A DNA stretch of 64,000 bases from Octopus sinensis (lineage: Eukaryota), in contig NC_043000.1 in NCBI RefSeq assembly GCF_006345805.1, positions 135,656,001-135,720,000 of the forward strand, written 5' to 3'. How positions within the stretch are numbered: the first letter of the stretch is position 1; every line of letters starts with the position of its first letter. Shown piece after piece: positions 37,800-51,410 of the stretch. Both the position numbers and the translations under genes were made by a program. Under the pieces are notes generated by a model, which worked only from the letters and a program-made list of their open reading frames with translations, ran no database searches and was not told the DNA's origin.

Positions 37800-38420
37800 A
37801 TAATCTTTTCCTGGGTGAAATGAGCGATATGTGATCTTGCATTAACGTGTAAAAAGAACAGCTATTTACGTTTGACCGATAATGGTTGCATTTTCCGCAA
37901 GATTTTGTATAACGCTTCCAATTGATGACAATACATCTCTGCATTGGCAGTTTCGTTTTGGTTTAACACTTCTTGATAGACGACACCTTTCATATTCCAC
38001 TCAACACACTGAATAACGTTTTTCGAGTGTAGTCGTGGTTTGGGGATGGAGTTTACTTTTTTCCTTGGAAGCTAACCATCGTTGCTTTTGCTGGATATGA
38101 TTACAGGGTATTTACTTTTTAACACTTAAGATGATTGTATATAGGAAGGTTTCAGTAGTAAGTCTGCCCTTCAATGACTTGCAGAAACGGCGATTCTTTG
38201 ATTAAGCTGAGAGGCAGTCAGACGTTGAGTGCCTCAATAACCAGGTTTAGACTCTTTTCTGAGTTCACGAAGGTGATTTATGATCGAAGTGTGACTTGAA
38301 TTCAACTGTTTTGGTAATTCTTGTGCAATTTGCAAATTTGCTTAGGATTTTTCTCAACTACGGTTTTCGGAAACTCAGTATTGTCACAACTTGGTCCGGA
38401 TCGATGGGAATTTCTATGCG
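37800..38420 (-). mobile_element. mariner-family transposase pseudogene
   Basis: KQRWL..PKPRLHSKNVIQCVEWNMKGVVYQEVLNQNETANAEMYCHQLEAL...FLHVNARSHIAHFTQEKIMEL; truncated by (TAG)n. Confidence 0.8.
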
Positions 38421-39699
38421 TCTTCGCGTATGTGTTTTCCACCAACACACCACTGCTTATAAAAGGAGGTTGGCTGGTTGGTTGGTTGGTTGGTTAGTTT
38501 GCGTCCCCGTAAGTTAACGGTACAGCAAAGACACTGATAGAATACGTACCAGATTTATAAACAGAATTATAAATAATGGGGTCGATTAAAACTCTTCAAG
38601 GTGTCGCATCAGCATGACTGTAATCCAATGACTGAAACATTTTAAAGATATTAGGACAAGCTTGGAATTAAACAATATCAACAACGATTTCCTGATATGT
38701 ATTTCCTTGAAGACTGAGAAATTAAAGCTAAAATCAAATTGTACCAGATCGTAAATAAAACATAGTGGCCGTTATCAGGTCCCTCCTAAAACCATAACGC
38801 TGTACTTGTATGGTTATTACTGTTTGTAAATATATTACCCTTACAATTTTCTCCTTCCATACTTTTTGTCGAAAACACGAAACCATTATGAATTGCTCAA
38901 ATAATGAAAATTTCAAGATATTGTATCATAACGAGGGAATACCATAATCGTGTTGCTTGTGGAGCACCATGAAAGAGTTGGTCTTAAAGCGGACATTCAA
39001 CTACAAGAGTACTTAGGAATTTCCCCTTGTCTTCTCTAGGCTTACAAGAGTTGAATCCAGCTCTAGCATCTAACGAGTCTATTTACAGTTATGTGGACTG
39101 AGCCGTTCGAGAGTTAAATGACTTGGAGGCACTTTCGGTCGTTTCTTTGCTAGTCAGAGGACAAACACACTGCGCAGCTTAAAACTACGACATGGTTCTG
39201 AGATGTCTTTAGCAAAGTTACAAGTGTTTAGCTCAGACTCTCGGTTACTTCCCCTGCCAATGATTGCACATTAATCTAGGAGGGTCTGCAAAGTAGACTG
39301 TATCTCTTCCCCACACCAACAAATTGACACCCCACAATTTACAAAAAGAAAGCTGTCATCCAAACAGTGACAGGAGGGAATAGAGATGACTAAGGCAATT
39401 GAATAACCGACAAATATCTTTTAAAGGATTTGGTTTCTTTCCTTTCAGTCGAATCCCTCAGAGATAGATATTGCTTTCCATCCCTCCAATATGATAAATG
39501 GCTTTTTTCTATAAACTTCGATGCAAGATGGTGGAGTCAGAGAAATCGTAGAGTACTGGATTAAATGCCCTTTGTTTCTCTTCCGCTCCGAGTTTAAACC
39601 ATGCCAGAGTTAACTCTTTTATTACACTCCGAGTATTTTCATCTCTTCGCAGGTTCATAAAATAAGTAATAAAGATGTATTATCTGTAATTTTTTAATC

Positions 39700-39956
39700 T
39701 TTTATTTCTTTGAGTCATTAGACTGCGGCCATATTGGAGGACTGCCTTAAAGAATTTAGGCTGAATGAATCGGCCTCAGTGATTATTATTTTTTTTTCTT
39801 TCAAGATTGGTAGTTATTCTATTGGTCTCATTAGCCGAACCACAAGGTTACAGAGACATAAATACATTAGTATGGCTATCATGCAGGGGTGGGTGGGACA
39901 AACACAGATAGAAAGACACACACACACACACGAACAAACACACAAACAAACACATG

Positions 39957-40029
<73 letters not shown>

Positions 40030-40255
40030 TAAAACTTCTTGGAAGAGGATGCGTGGCGTTCAATCATATAATAGTAAATATATATATATAATATATATAC
40101 ATACGACGTGCTTCTTTCAGTTTCCGTCTACCAAATCCACTCACAAGACTTTGGTGGGCCCGAGTAGAATACACTTGCCCAAGGTGTCACGCAGTGGGAC
40201 AGTGCCCGGAACCATCTGGTTGGGAAGCAAACTACTTACCACACAGCCAAACCTG
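39700..40255 (-). mobile_element. SINE family B with expanded internal microsatellite
   Basis: Head at 40090-40255, tail half at 39700-39900. Confidence 0.75.
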
Positions 40256-40904
40256 CACTTACTGAGCTGAATATGATTGACTCTACCCTAACTTATAAAC
40301 CGGACGTCTAGTACTAATTTAAGAAATCAACAATTATACCTACTCGCAATAAATTTTTTTTATCGACCTCCTATCTACTCCAACAACAATCAGCGTCATT
40401 TTTTTTTCTCACTTGACTTCTTTCTTCATTACGCAGACCTACGATCAAAGGCGTTCCACCTATGACCACCAGCCCTCTTTTGAGGAGTTAGGGAGCATTA
40501 TAAAATTAGAACTACATTAATTGTCCTTCCATTTTAAATATGGTAAGCTTTAATTTGAAAGAGGTTTAGCTGCTATTCTTAACAGATTGAGCGATAACCT
40601 ATACAGGCTTTCTCTTCATAGTTATTAGCAATCAGGTGACTGTGAAGCCCAAAGAAGGCGCCTGTATGTGATCAATAAACTTGCTAGAAAACGCAGTTAA
40701 ATCTCCTTTGCCGTCTTTAAAGAGAAAAAGGAAGAACACGTTTGAATGATATTATCTGCATTAAGTGTGTCACAAAATTACGACGGAATAGGTCACTTCT
40801 CAAGCGCCTTTCATCATAGATCTGTTGAGCCATGACTCAGCTGGAACTAAAACAACTTAGATAAAAAGAAGGGATCAGTGAAAAGCTAATCTTTTCTACT
40901 GAAT

Positions 40905-41365
40905 ACTCTTTTACCCTTTTACTTGTTTCAGTCATTTGACTGCGGCCATGCTGGAGCACCGCCTTTAGTCGAACAAATCGACCCCGGGACTTATTTTTTG
41001 TAAGCCCAGTACTTATTCTATCGGTATTCTTTTGCCGAACCGCTAAGTGACGGGGACATAAACACACCAGCATCGATTGTCAAGCAATGCTAGGGGGACA
41101 AACACACAAACACACACACACACACACAACACAACACACACAACATATATATATATATATATATATATAGAATATATATATATATATTATATATATATAC
41201 ATATATACGACAGGCTTCTTTCAGTTTCCGTCTACCAAATCCAGTCACAAGGCATTGGTTGGCCCGAGGCTATAGCAGAAGACACTTGCCCAAGATGCCA
41301 CGCAGTGGGACTGAACCCGGAACCATGTGGTTGGTTAGCAAGCTACTTACCACACAGCCACTCGT
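40905..41365 (-). mobile_element. SINE family B
   Basis: Complete copy. Confidence 0.85.
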
Positions 41366-41952
41366 ATTTATTTCATACCTCTCGAATGAACCCGGATCGA
41401 TTGAAAATCGAACCATTTCTTAATTTTCCATCACCATATGAACAGACCCTTCACACTCCATTCCAACATTCACAATATTGAACGCGCTAAACAAGGGAAA
41501 TTTATGTAATCGATTGATCTGCTAGAAGAAAAAAAACACCCGAATTCCTTTTAATCACATCCTGCCTTATCCATTAATAAAGTAGAGACTACAAAATACA
41601 GAAATAAATAAATAGATGCTTCAAACTTTGTCACAATGCCAGCAATGTTTAGAGGGGATGAGGGCAAGTCGATTACGATCGAGTTCAGTACTTGACTAGT
41701 ACTTTAAATTATTGTTGTATCGACGCCCCCAGACGATGAAGTTACGCTAACCCAATACGTATAAATAGAGGGAGGAGTCCAAACGTCGAGGAGTTGAGCA
41801 GAGGTCATCCGAACGTGCGATATAACAGATGGGACGAGGATTTCGTAGCTCACACAGCCACTGTGCTGTATTGCGATACAACAATTATCGATCTCAAAAG
41901 GCTTAAACGCTATGTTGACCTCGGCGGGATTTGAACTCATAACGTAGAGCTT

Positions 41953-43351
41953 CTAAATAAATACCTATTTCTTTATTACCCACAAGGGGCTAAACACAGA
42001 GCGGACAAACAAGGACAGACATAGGTATTAAGTCGATTACATCGACCCCAGTGCGTAACTGGTACTTGATTTATCGACCCCGAAAGGATGAAAGGCAAAG
42101 TCGACCTCGGCGGAATTTGAACTCAGAACGTAAAGACAGACGAAATACCTATTTATTTATTACCACAAGGGGCTAACACAGAGCGGACAAAAAAGGCAGA
42201 CATAGGTATTAAATCGATTACATCGACCCCAGTGCGTGTCTGGTACTTAATTTATCGACCCCGAAAGGATGAAAGGCAAAGTCGACCTCGGCGGAATTTG
42301 AACTCAGAACGTAAAGACAGACGAAATACCTATTTCTTTATTACCCCCAAGGGGCTAAACACAGAGCGGACAAACAAGGACAGACATAGGTATTAAGTCA
42401 ATTACATCGACCCCAGTGCGTAACTGGTACTTAATTTATCGACCCGAAAAGGATAAAGGCAAAGTCGACCTCGGCGAATTTGAACTCAGAACGTAAAGAA
42501 CAGACGAAATACCTATTTCTTTATTACCCACAAGGGGCTAAACACAGAGCGGACAAACAAGGACAGACATAGGTATTAAGTCAATTACATCGACCCCAGT
42601 GCGTGTCTGGTACTTAATTTATCGACCCTGAAAGGATGAAAGGCAAAGTCGACCTCGGCGGAATTTGAACTCAGAACGTAAAGACAGACGAAATACCTAT
42701 TTCTTTATTACCCACAAGGGGCTAAACACAGAGCGGACAAACAAGGACAGACATAGGTATTAAGTCAATTACATCGACCCCAGTGCGTGTCTGGTACTTA
42801 ATTTATCGACCCTGAAAGGATGAAAGGCAAAGTCGACCTCGGCGGAATTTGAACTCAGAACGTAAAGACAGACGAAATACCTATTTCTTTATTACCCACA
42901 AGGGGCTAAACACAGAGCGGACAAACAAGGACAGACATAGGTATTAAATCGATTACATCGACCCCAGTGCGTGTCTGGTACTTAATTTATCGACCCCGAA
43001 AGGATGAAAGGCAAAGTCGACCTCGGCGGAATTTGAACTCAGAACGTAAAGACAGACGAAATACCGCTAAGCATTTCGCCTGGCATGCTAACATTTCTGC
43101 CAGCTCACCACCTTCTTATTGTTGTGTCTAATAAATACCTATTTCTTTATTACCCACAAGGGGCTAAACACAGAGGGGACAAACAAGGACAGACATAGGT
43201 ATTAAGTCGATTACATCGACCCCAGTGCGTAACTGGTACTTGATTTATCGACCCCGAAAGGATGAAAGGCAAAGTCGACCTCGGCGGAATTTGAACTCAG
43301 AACGTAAAGACAGACGAAATACCGCTAAGCATTTCACCCTAAATAAATACC
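41953..43351 (-). mobile_element. SINE family A array (6 bodies, 1 head) plus a single copy, nested in an older family A copy
   Basis: Units at 41960, 42144, 42325, 42508, 42692, 42876; head 43060-43113; single copy 43135-43338; 13-bp TSD CTAAATAAATACC at 41953-41965 and 43339-43351. Confidence 0.9.
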
Positions 43352-44396
43352 ACTGTGCATTTTGTCCAGCGCACTAACGATTCTGCCAGATCGCTACCCT
43401 ACAAATAAATGAAGACCTCATGGTTATGGCTAGAACGCTGTTGATCACAGGACTAAGCAATCAAGATTGACAGTAACAGCAACAAAGGAACATTGGATTT
43501 AATTTAATCCATTCAAAGCAACTCCCACTAACATGTTAATATTACATCAGTACAAAAATTTTACCTATATCCGCCCCTATATAGTTCATCATACATGCTA
43601 TAGCACTTTTAGCTCGTCCCTTTTATTTACACACACGCGCGCATACAGACACATCATATGTAATATATAACTATTAGCTCCTCCTTCCATACAATAACCA
43701 ACTCTTATTTCTTTATTTAGCTCCACCTATGTATGCTAACGCATATAATTCCTCCCACTCAAAGGCGCTGTGTCAGCTCTCACTTAGTTTAGCTCCTCCC
43801 AACTATACCACCAACTTTTGTCTTCCTATGTAATCTTCCCGCCCATTTGCTTTTACTCCACCTACTTGGAATAATAGTTCGCGTATATATATATTATTTC
43901 TTGAACTTATGATATAAACCCAAGCTAGATTCTGTTTATTTTTTTTTTAGTATTTCATATAATAAATGTTTACGCCATGTAATAAATCTCCTTTACATGT
44001 CATATTCATGTTACACTGTACATGTCATAAAAATATATCATTTAGCTATGCATTTATATTCGCATATTATATATTATTCCATATGACATATATAACTTAA
44101 TATTTGCATGTCACACACGTTTAAATTCAAAGTACTTGTAGGTGTTTGGTGTACCTCACCCTCCCACAGCAAGGCCCATACAGGAGCACCAGTCTATCAA
44201 AACTAATTATAAACAAAGAATGCTAAATCGTACGGGCCAATACTAAATCGTAACGCATATATACGGAATGAAGCAAAAGTTTGTACGAAAACATCTGTAG
44301 ACATAGAAGCTAAATCTTCTTCACATCACACTCTATCGCCTTCAAAAAGGAGGATGACATTGAACATCGTAGTCGGGTGTGCGTGCGTGTGTGTGA

Positions 44397-44430
<34 letters not shown>

Positions 44431-44588
44431 CCCTACAGCAAGGCCTATACATAGGTAATACAACAGTAGTGCCTACGGATACATTTATCCTTTAGACGGT
44501 TGCATAACCTCTAACTCTAAATTCATATATATATATATATAAATATACATTTTTTTATATTTATATATATATAGCTACACACACACAC

Positions 44589-44621
<33 letters not shown>

Positions 44622-44623
44622 AT

Positions 44624-44745
<122 letters not shown>

Positions 44746-44946
44746 ATGATAGATAGATAGAGTGTATGTGCATACATTAATGACTGATGCATCTAGATAC
44801 ATCTTCAGTGATGTGCCTGGTATCATCGGGTGTTTCGGGTCTTTCAACATAATACGCCCTCCTCCAGGAGGAGTGACCATGTGGTGGAGAAGCACGCTTT
44901 GTAATAACGTGATTTCAAGTCCAGTCCCATTGCGTCTTCTACTACA

Positions 44947-45513
44947 GCCCCGGGGCGCAAAATGTTTTTTCCCAAGTGAGTTCCGGAGCCCAGCAATGAA
45001 ATTATTCGCATGCAGCCAATCAGAACTCACCTTGACCTTGTTGTCAAGTTAAAAACACACTCTACAAACTCAAAACGAAGAACGACGTTATAAGTCGACC
45101 GATCGCCAAGTTATGCCAAGTTATGCCTGATTTTAGAAGTAATTAGAGAGATTTGCATCTATACCTATTATCGGATTTTGTTAGGGCCCCATATGGTGAT
45201 GATGTGGATGGGTTAAATGTGGGTAGAGGGTGATGTGCTGGCAACCCTCTTCCCTTAATGTTTTACAAAGTAAACAGCAAAACAAATAACTATGCAGAGA
45301 CAGCCATGGTTGAAACAAGAACAAGAACAACAAACATTATTAAAAGAGAAAAAGAGGCATGGTCATTCCCTACCCAAGTGACCTTATCTTATCGCCCATC
45401 ACTTGTTATGTACTCATAAATTAGTTTGGTAGTTGAGCTCTGATTGGCTGTTTTCGAATGAGTTCATAACTGGGGTCCGGAACTCTCGTGGGAAAAAAAT
45501 TCGCGCCTCGGAC
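44947..45513. mobile_element. Putative non-autonomous DNA element with ~80-bp imperfect terminal inverted repeats
   Basis: 44947-45029 aligns with the reverse complement of 45434-45513 (TTCCC..GAGTTCCGGA.CCCAG..ATGAA..ATTCG...CAGCCAATCAGA.CTCA). Confidence 0.55.
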
Positions 45514-45842
45514 CGCCAATGCCTAGTGAGTGCATTTGATAGACAGAAACTGTGCGGAAGCCCGTCTTGTATATTATATGAGTGCGTGTGTGTGTATTAT
45601 GTATGTATATGTATATGTGTATATGTCTTTGTGTTCGTTATCAACCACCTACCCGTCGCTTGACAACAGGTGTTGGTTTGTTTACATCCCCGTAAACATT
45701 GGCTGTTCGGCAAAAGTAAATGGTAGAATAATAACCAGATTTAAAATGATAAGTGTTGGATTCGATTTGTTCGCCTAAACTCTACAAGGCGGTGCCCCCA
45801 TCATGTCCACTGTTCAATTGCCGAAAAAAAAGATAAAAAGAA

Positions 45843-46225
45843 AGGAGTGGCTGTGTGGTAAGTAGCTTGTTTACCAACCACAATGGTCCGGGATCAGTCC
45901 CACTGCGTGGCACCTTGGGCAAGTGTCTTCTACTATAGCCTCGGGGCGACCAAAGCCTTATGAGTGGATTTAGTAGACGGAAACTGAAAGAAGGCCGTCG
46001 TATATGTGTATATATATGTATGTGTGTGTATATGTTTGTGTGTCTATGCTTGTTCCCCAACATCGCTTGATAACCGATGCTGGTGTCTTTACGTTACTTA
46101 GCGGTTCGGCAAAAGAGACCGATAGAATAAGTACTAGGCTTACAAAGAATAAGTCCTGGGGTCGATTTGCTCGATTAAAGGCGGTGCCCCAGCATGGCCG
46201 CAGTCAAATGCCTGAAACAAGTAAA
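45843..46225 (+). mobile_element. SINE family B
   Basis: Complete copy; a further 3' half lies at 45540-45790. Confidence 0.85.
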
Positions 46226-46594
46226 TATTATAACAGGATGGTAACGGCTTCAATGCTTTTGATCGCATGTCAGATCGATCAGGGCTGTTTTGGGGGTTAA
46301 TCAACAACTAGAATATCTAACCGAGATACATGAAATGGTTATACGGCCCAAGTAAATAACTGGTACTTATTTTATCGAATCACACAAAAAAAAAAAAACT
46401 GACAAAAAACACATACTCCGCCGCAGGGAGATTTGAACGCAAATCGTAATGGCGTCTATCAAGATAATTGCTCCAATCTCTGCTACACACCACACGGGTT
46501 CAGTGTACCTTATTATCACATTTTTCATGAATTGTTACACATTATACTTATAAGTTTTTGAGTTACTGGTTCGGTATTGTTGTTTTTATCGATG

Positions 46595-46977
46595 ACTAGC
46601 AGTATCGCCCGGCGTTGCTCAGGTTTGTAAGGGAAATAACTATAAAGCATTTTTAGAGAGTTATAGCCAAAAAATAGCAAAAAAAGGGAAAAAAATGATG
46701 GTAAATTTTTTTGAGAGTTAAAAAAGGTGGAGTTGCGTCCCCTAGACGGTCTGTGGTTTGGGTTTCTGATTCTCGACCCCCATGTCGAATTTATCGATTT
46801 TTTTCAGAACTGGGGGAACTTTTCAAAATTTTCGCTGCGTTATTTGAATTATGACATTGGGCTATGTGTGTGTCAAGTTTCATCAGAATCGGTTGAAAGC
46901 CGTGGTCAGAGTGAGGGTACGAGAAAACAGACACACAGAAAACGCACAGACAAACTGCCGTTTATATAGAGAGAGAT
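46595..46977 (+). mobile_element. Helentron/DINE-1-like non-autonomous element, different interior
   Basis: Same ACTAGCAGTATCGCCCGGCG start; DINE-1-like core CAAGTTTCATCAGAATCGGTT...ACAGAC..TTTATATAGAGA. Confidence 0.8.
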
Positions 46978-47225
46978 GGTATATTCTGATCAGTCGAGCC
47001 TTACCTATTCTTTGTATAAAATGTTCATACGTTATTTGAACAGTAGGGCGCGATCTTTTTAATGGGTCGAGCGACCACGCAAAATCTTCGCTAGATCTCC
47101 GTTGATATGTTTTTACTTGCTACGGTTACTGTCTGATAAAACCGGAATAGTTAAGTAATACAATAAATGCTTTATGATACACAAACACACGCACGCACGC
47201 ACGCACGCAACACACACACACATAC

Positions 47226-47267
<42 letters not shown>

Positions 47268-47778
47268 ATATATATATATATATATTCTTGTATTTTTTTA
47301 CTTGTTTCAGTCATTTTATTTTGACCATACTGAAGGGTTTTAGTCGGACAATCGACCCCAGGACTTACTTTTAAGCATAGTAGTCATTCTGGGTTTTTTG
47401 TTTGCCGAACTGCTAAGTTACAGGGACGTAAACACTCCAGTACCGACTTTTTAGCGGTAGGGGGGGGGTAAATGCAGACAAAGACATACACACACATTTA
47501 TATATATATGATAAGGACACACGAATGTGTCTGCCTGCTAGAAATAAGAGTTAAAACCCTCGTTTGAACTACCAAAAAATAACACTGAAAATAATAACAG
47601 AATTAACAATACTCGGGCAAATATACATATTCAATCCTGAATATTTACTCCTGATATATATATATATATATATATATTAAATAATAAGGGTGAAAAATTG
47701 AATATTATTTTGATTAATATCAATTAAAAACCAGTGGTCTAGCATATAGAAAAATCTGAAGATTCAGAAAAATTATAT

Positions 47779-47948
47779 TACATACATATAAGAGAGATGA
47801 CCACTAAGTGGACATGCATTTTACTAGAACGTTCTGGTGTTTGCTAAATTTTCTTGAGAACATTCCTTTCTTAGTGGTAAGACGATAGGGGGGCGACTTC
47901 TAGCAAAATGGATGTCCATTTAGTGGTCATCCCTCTTATATGTATGTA
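47779..47948. repeat. Inverted repeat, ~50-bp arms
   Basis: TACATACATATAAGAG.GATGACCACTAA.TGGACAT.CATTTT.CTAGAA and its reverse complement. Confidence 0.75.
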
Positions 47949-47985
47949 ATATATATATATATATATATATTATATATAAGTATAT

Positions 47986-48020
<35 letters not shown>

Positions 48021-48028
48021 TATATCTA

Positions 48029-48089
<61 letters not shown>

Positions 48090-48104
48090 CACATGCATAC
48101 AAAG

Positions 48105-48306
48105 CAGTGCTTTTCAACATTTTGGCTGGAGCGGAACCCCAAGGAAACATTCCACTGGCTCGAGGAACCCCTGTGCAATAATTTAATAGTCTTTTGCACA
48201 CATATCTGCACAGGAGAATTTAAAATTACTGCCGATTTTAGCAGTTTTTTTAACTTCTTGCGGATACCCTGGACTGTACTGGCGGAACCCTGGTTGAAAA
48301 CCACTG
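48105..48306. mobile_element. hAT-family MITE
   Basis: TIR CAGTG(C/G)TTTTCAAC; perfect 8-bp TSD ATACAAAG at 48097-48104 and 48307-48314. Confidence 0.9.
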
Positions 48307-48924
48307 ATACAAAGCTTCAGATCAATAGGAAAGTGGGAACTAGATTATGTGAAATGTATGAATTTCTCAAGAGCAACAGTGGTGCAATTAAAAGAAATTA
48401 TTCCAGATGGGAATCGAAAACCGAATCGTAGACCACAAGGATCATTGGATGCTGGCTTCTACGCTAAGACACTTGTCTGAAACGATATATACAAAAGCCA
48501 AATGATATATACAAAACTGATATATACAAAACACAACTGAAATATACACAAGTCTATATTAGCCCCATGTTGTAGGTGGGGAGGGAAGCATTTAGATGTG
48601 TTAAACATATATGTCACTAAAAACCATCCGAGAGTGTGATGAAAACTTGCTTATTACACCCTAAACGCCATATTTAAACCCATGTGAATAGAGAAACTAT
48701 TATAATTTTTCTTTTCTGTTCCTTTTGCCTATTTCGTGTATATTAATTCGGGTAATGAGACTAAAATTACTTCTACGATTCCAAAAAGAGCCAAATATCC
48801 TTAGGGTTATTTTGCAGTATTCTTGAATAGTTCGCCTTCTTTCAGATTATCAGGGGGAAGTCATTGGATCGAAGCATTCCGCTGCTAAGCTATTTTAATA
48901 TAACGATCTTAGTTAGAACTGATA

Positions 48925-49335
48925 TATTTACTTTCTTTACTCTCTTTTACTCTTTTACTTGTTTCAGTCATTTGACTGCGGCCATGCTGGAGCACCGCCT
49001 TTAGTCGAGCAAATCGGCCCAAGGACTTATTCTTTGTAAGCCTAGTACTTATGCCGAACCGCTAAGATACGGGGACGTAAACACATCAGCATCGGTTGTC
49101 AAGCGATGTTGGGGGGACAAACACAGACACACTAACACACACACACACATATATAGATACATATACATATATGCGACGGGCTTCTTTCAGTTTCCGTCTA
49201 CCAAATCCACTCACAAGGCATTGGTCGGCCCGAGGTTATAGTAGAAGTGCCACGTAGGTGCCACGTAGTGGGACTGAACCCGGAATCATGTGGTTCGCAG
49301 GCAAGCTACTTACCACACAGCCACTCCTGCGCCTA
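48925..49335 (-). mobile_element. SINE family B
   Basis: Complete copy; another 3' half at 49360-49600. Confidence 0.85.
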
Positions 49336-49626
49336 CTTGTAATTTATTTTTTATCTTTTAATTGTTTCAATCATTTGACTGCGGCCAGGCTGGGATATTA
49401 CCTTGAAGAGTTTCTTGTCGAACGAATCAACCCAAGTACTTTTTTTAAAAAAAAACTAACTTATTTTATCGTTCTCTATTACAGAACTGCTAAGTTTCGG
49501 GGACGTAAGTACACCAACACTGGTTGTTAAGAGGTGGTAGGGGACAAGCACAGATCCAAAGACACAAACACGCGCACACACGGACATACACACACACACA
49601 CACATATATCTACCAATCTATTTATG

Positions 49627-49658
<32 letters not shown>

Positions 49659-49695
49659 TGTATGTATTATGTATGTATGTATGTATGTATGTATC

Positions 49696-49735
<40 letters not shown>

Positions 49736-49750
49736 ATATATATATATATA

Positions 49751-49809
<59 letters not shown>

Positions 49810-49869
49810 CAGAAGTAAATAGACACTCTTATGATCATTAAATTATTTTAATCTGAAATTATAGATTCA

Positions 49870-50890
49870 AATATTTATAATTGTATAATGTGAATATTTG
49901 ATATTTAGTAGCAATGCCCTTTGTATTTTTCGATGCATGTTACTGACAACATGACGAATATTCTCTAGCGGAAAATTTTGCCCAGTTTTGTGCAGTAATC
50001 TCAAAAAATTTGACTTCGAATGTGCTTTCTTGTTCTCTTTACGAAGTGTCCTGTCCATTATGTCCCAGAGGTGTTCAACAGGGTTCATATCTGATGATTG
50101 GCTTGGCTATGGAAGCTTTTTAATGCCATTCTCATCCAACAAATCTTGGGTCATTTTTCGCCGTGTGGCAAGGAGCCCCATCTTCCATAAATAAAGAGTC
50201 TTCTTTAATCGTTTCACTACTGGAGAAGATTGGAAGGAGTCCTTTCTGCAATATAGACACATATTTATCTGAATTTATGTTTTCCTCCGACTCCACCAAC
50301 TCTGATAAAACGTTACTCCAAATTGCTCCCCAGACCATCACAGAATAGCCACCGTGTTTCATTGTTGGCTGTAATCTTTTCACATCAAATTTTTAATCAC
50401 AGAGTCTCCGAACCCACACTCAACCACTGTCAGGAAATGCATCAATTCTGGACTCATCAAAGAATATGACAGTGTCCCAAAATGCTGGTGGCTTCTCCGT
50501 TATCTCACTGGTCAATATTTTCTGCGCTTGAAGTTGGCTGGTTCAAGAAGTGGCTTCCTTCTTGCTGCTCTGCCATAGTAACCAAGTTTGTGGAGATACC
50601 TGACAGATGTTCTGGGACTGACATCAACTTGTCAGAGGCCTTGCAACGAGGAATATCCTCCACACTTTTCTTAACAAAGAGAAGGGTCCTGTCAGAGGAC
50701 ACTGGTTGATCTAGGTGAGGTAATGGGGACTTCTTCCCCTCTCATGCGAATTGCACAATCACTCTATTAACTGTAGAAAGCAGGGTCCCAAGGTTTTCTG
50801 CGATTTTACGCTATGTTCACCTTCAGAATGACCCACAGCACGGCTTCTTTGAAATTCAGACAGTTCCAAGGCTTCTTTTGTACATGGCAT
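49870..50890 (-). mobile_element. Tc1-family (DD34E) transposase pseudogene, near full length
   Basis: MPCTKEALELSEFQRSR..., YLHKLGYYGRAARRKPLL, WDTVIFFDESR, PTMKHGGYSVMVWGAI, FMEDGAPCHT, SSDMNPVEHLWD; frameshifts and stops. Confidence 0.9.
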
Positions 50891-51217
50891 GATTAAAGAA
50901 TGAAGCATCGCTGGATTGCTTCAAAGTTCGAACCTATGGAAAACGAAATCCCATCATCTATTTTGCCTATATACATGTACACACCTTTCAATGCGGTGTA
51001 TACCAGAAGATCTGCAAATCTAAAGGGGACCCCCAAAGACATTTTAAGGTCTACAATGATCAGAACTTAAATGCATCTTTTGGTGTTTCAATTTGGATAA
51101 GCATCTATGTGGGTGTCTTTTCAAAACATTGTCTGGTTTAAAAAGCAACACCAGATACCAGTAAAAGATTAAAAGAATCATTCTATCTTACAGAGTTCGA
51201 TATTGGGTCAGACCATA

Positions 51218-51410
51218 AAGGCGGTGGGGTAGCAGAATCTTTAGTACGTCGGGTAAAATTCTCAGCAGCATTTCTTTCCGAATTCAAATTCTGCCGAGGT
51301 CGACCAAGCCTTTCACCCCTTAGGGGTTGATAAAACAAATACCAGTCGCGTACTGGGGTCGATGTAATCGACTAGTTCCCAAATTCTATTTCTTGTGCAT
51401 ATAGAAAGGA
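51218..51410 (+). mobile_element. SINE family A (tail B), diverged
   Basis: TTCAAATTCTGCCGAGGTCGACC..GCCTTTCA...TACTGGGGTCGAT; tail TAGAAAGGATATT. Confidence 0.7.

Noticed and set aside
41960-43113. Regular ~184-bp arrays (also 6159-6769 and 20172-21119) as CRISPR or tRNA arrays
   Set aside because: No unique spacers; whole units repeat and match dispersed SINE copies; the context is eukaryotic.
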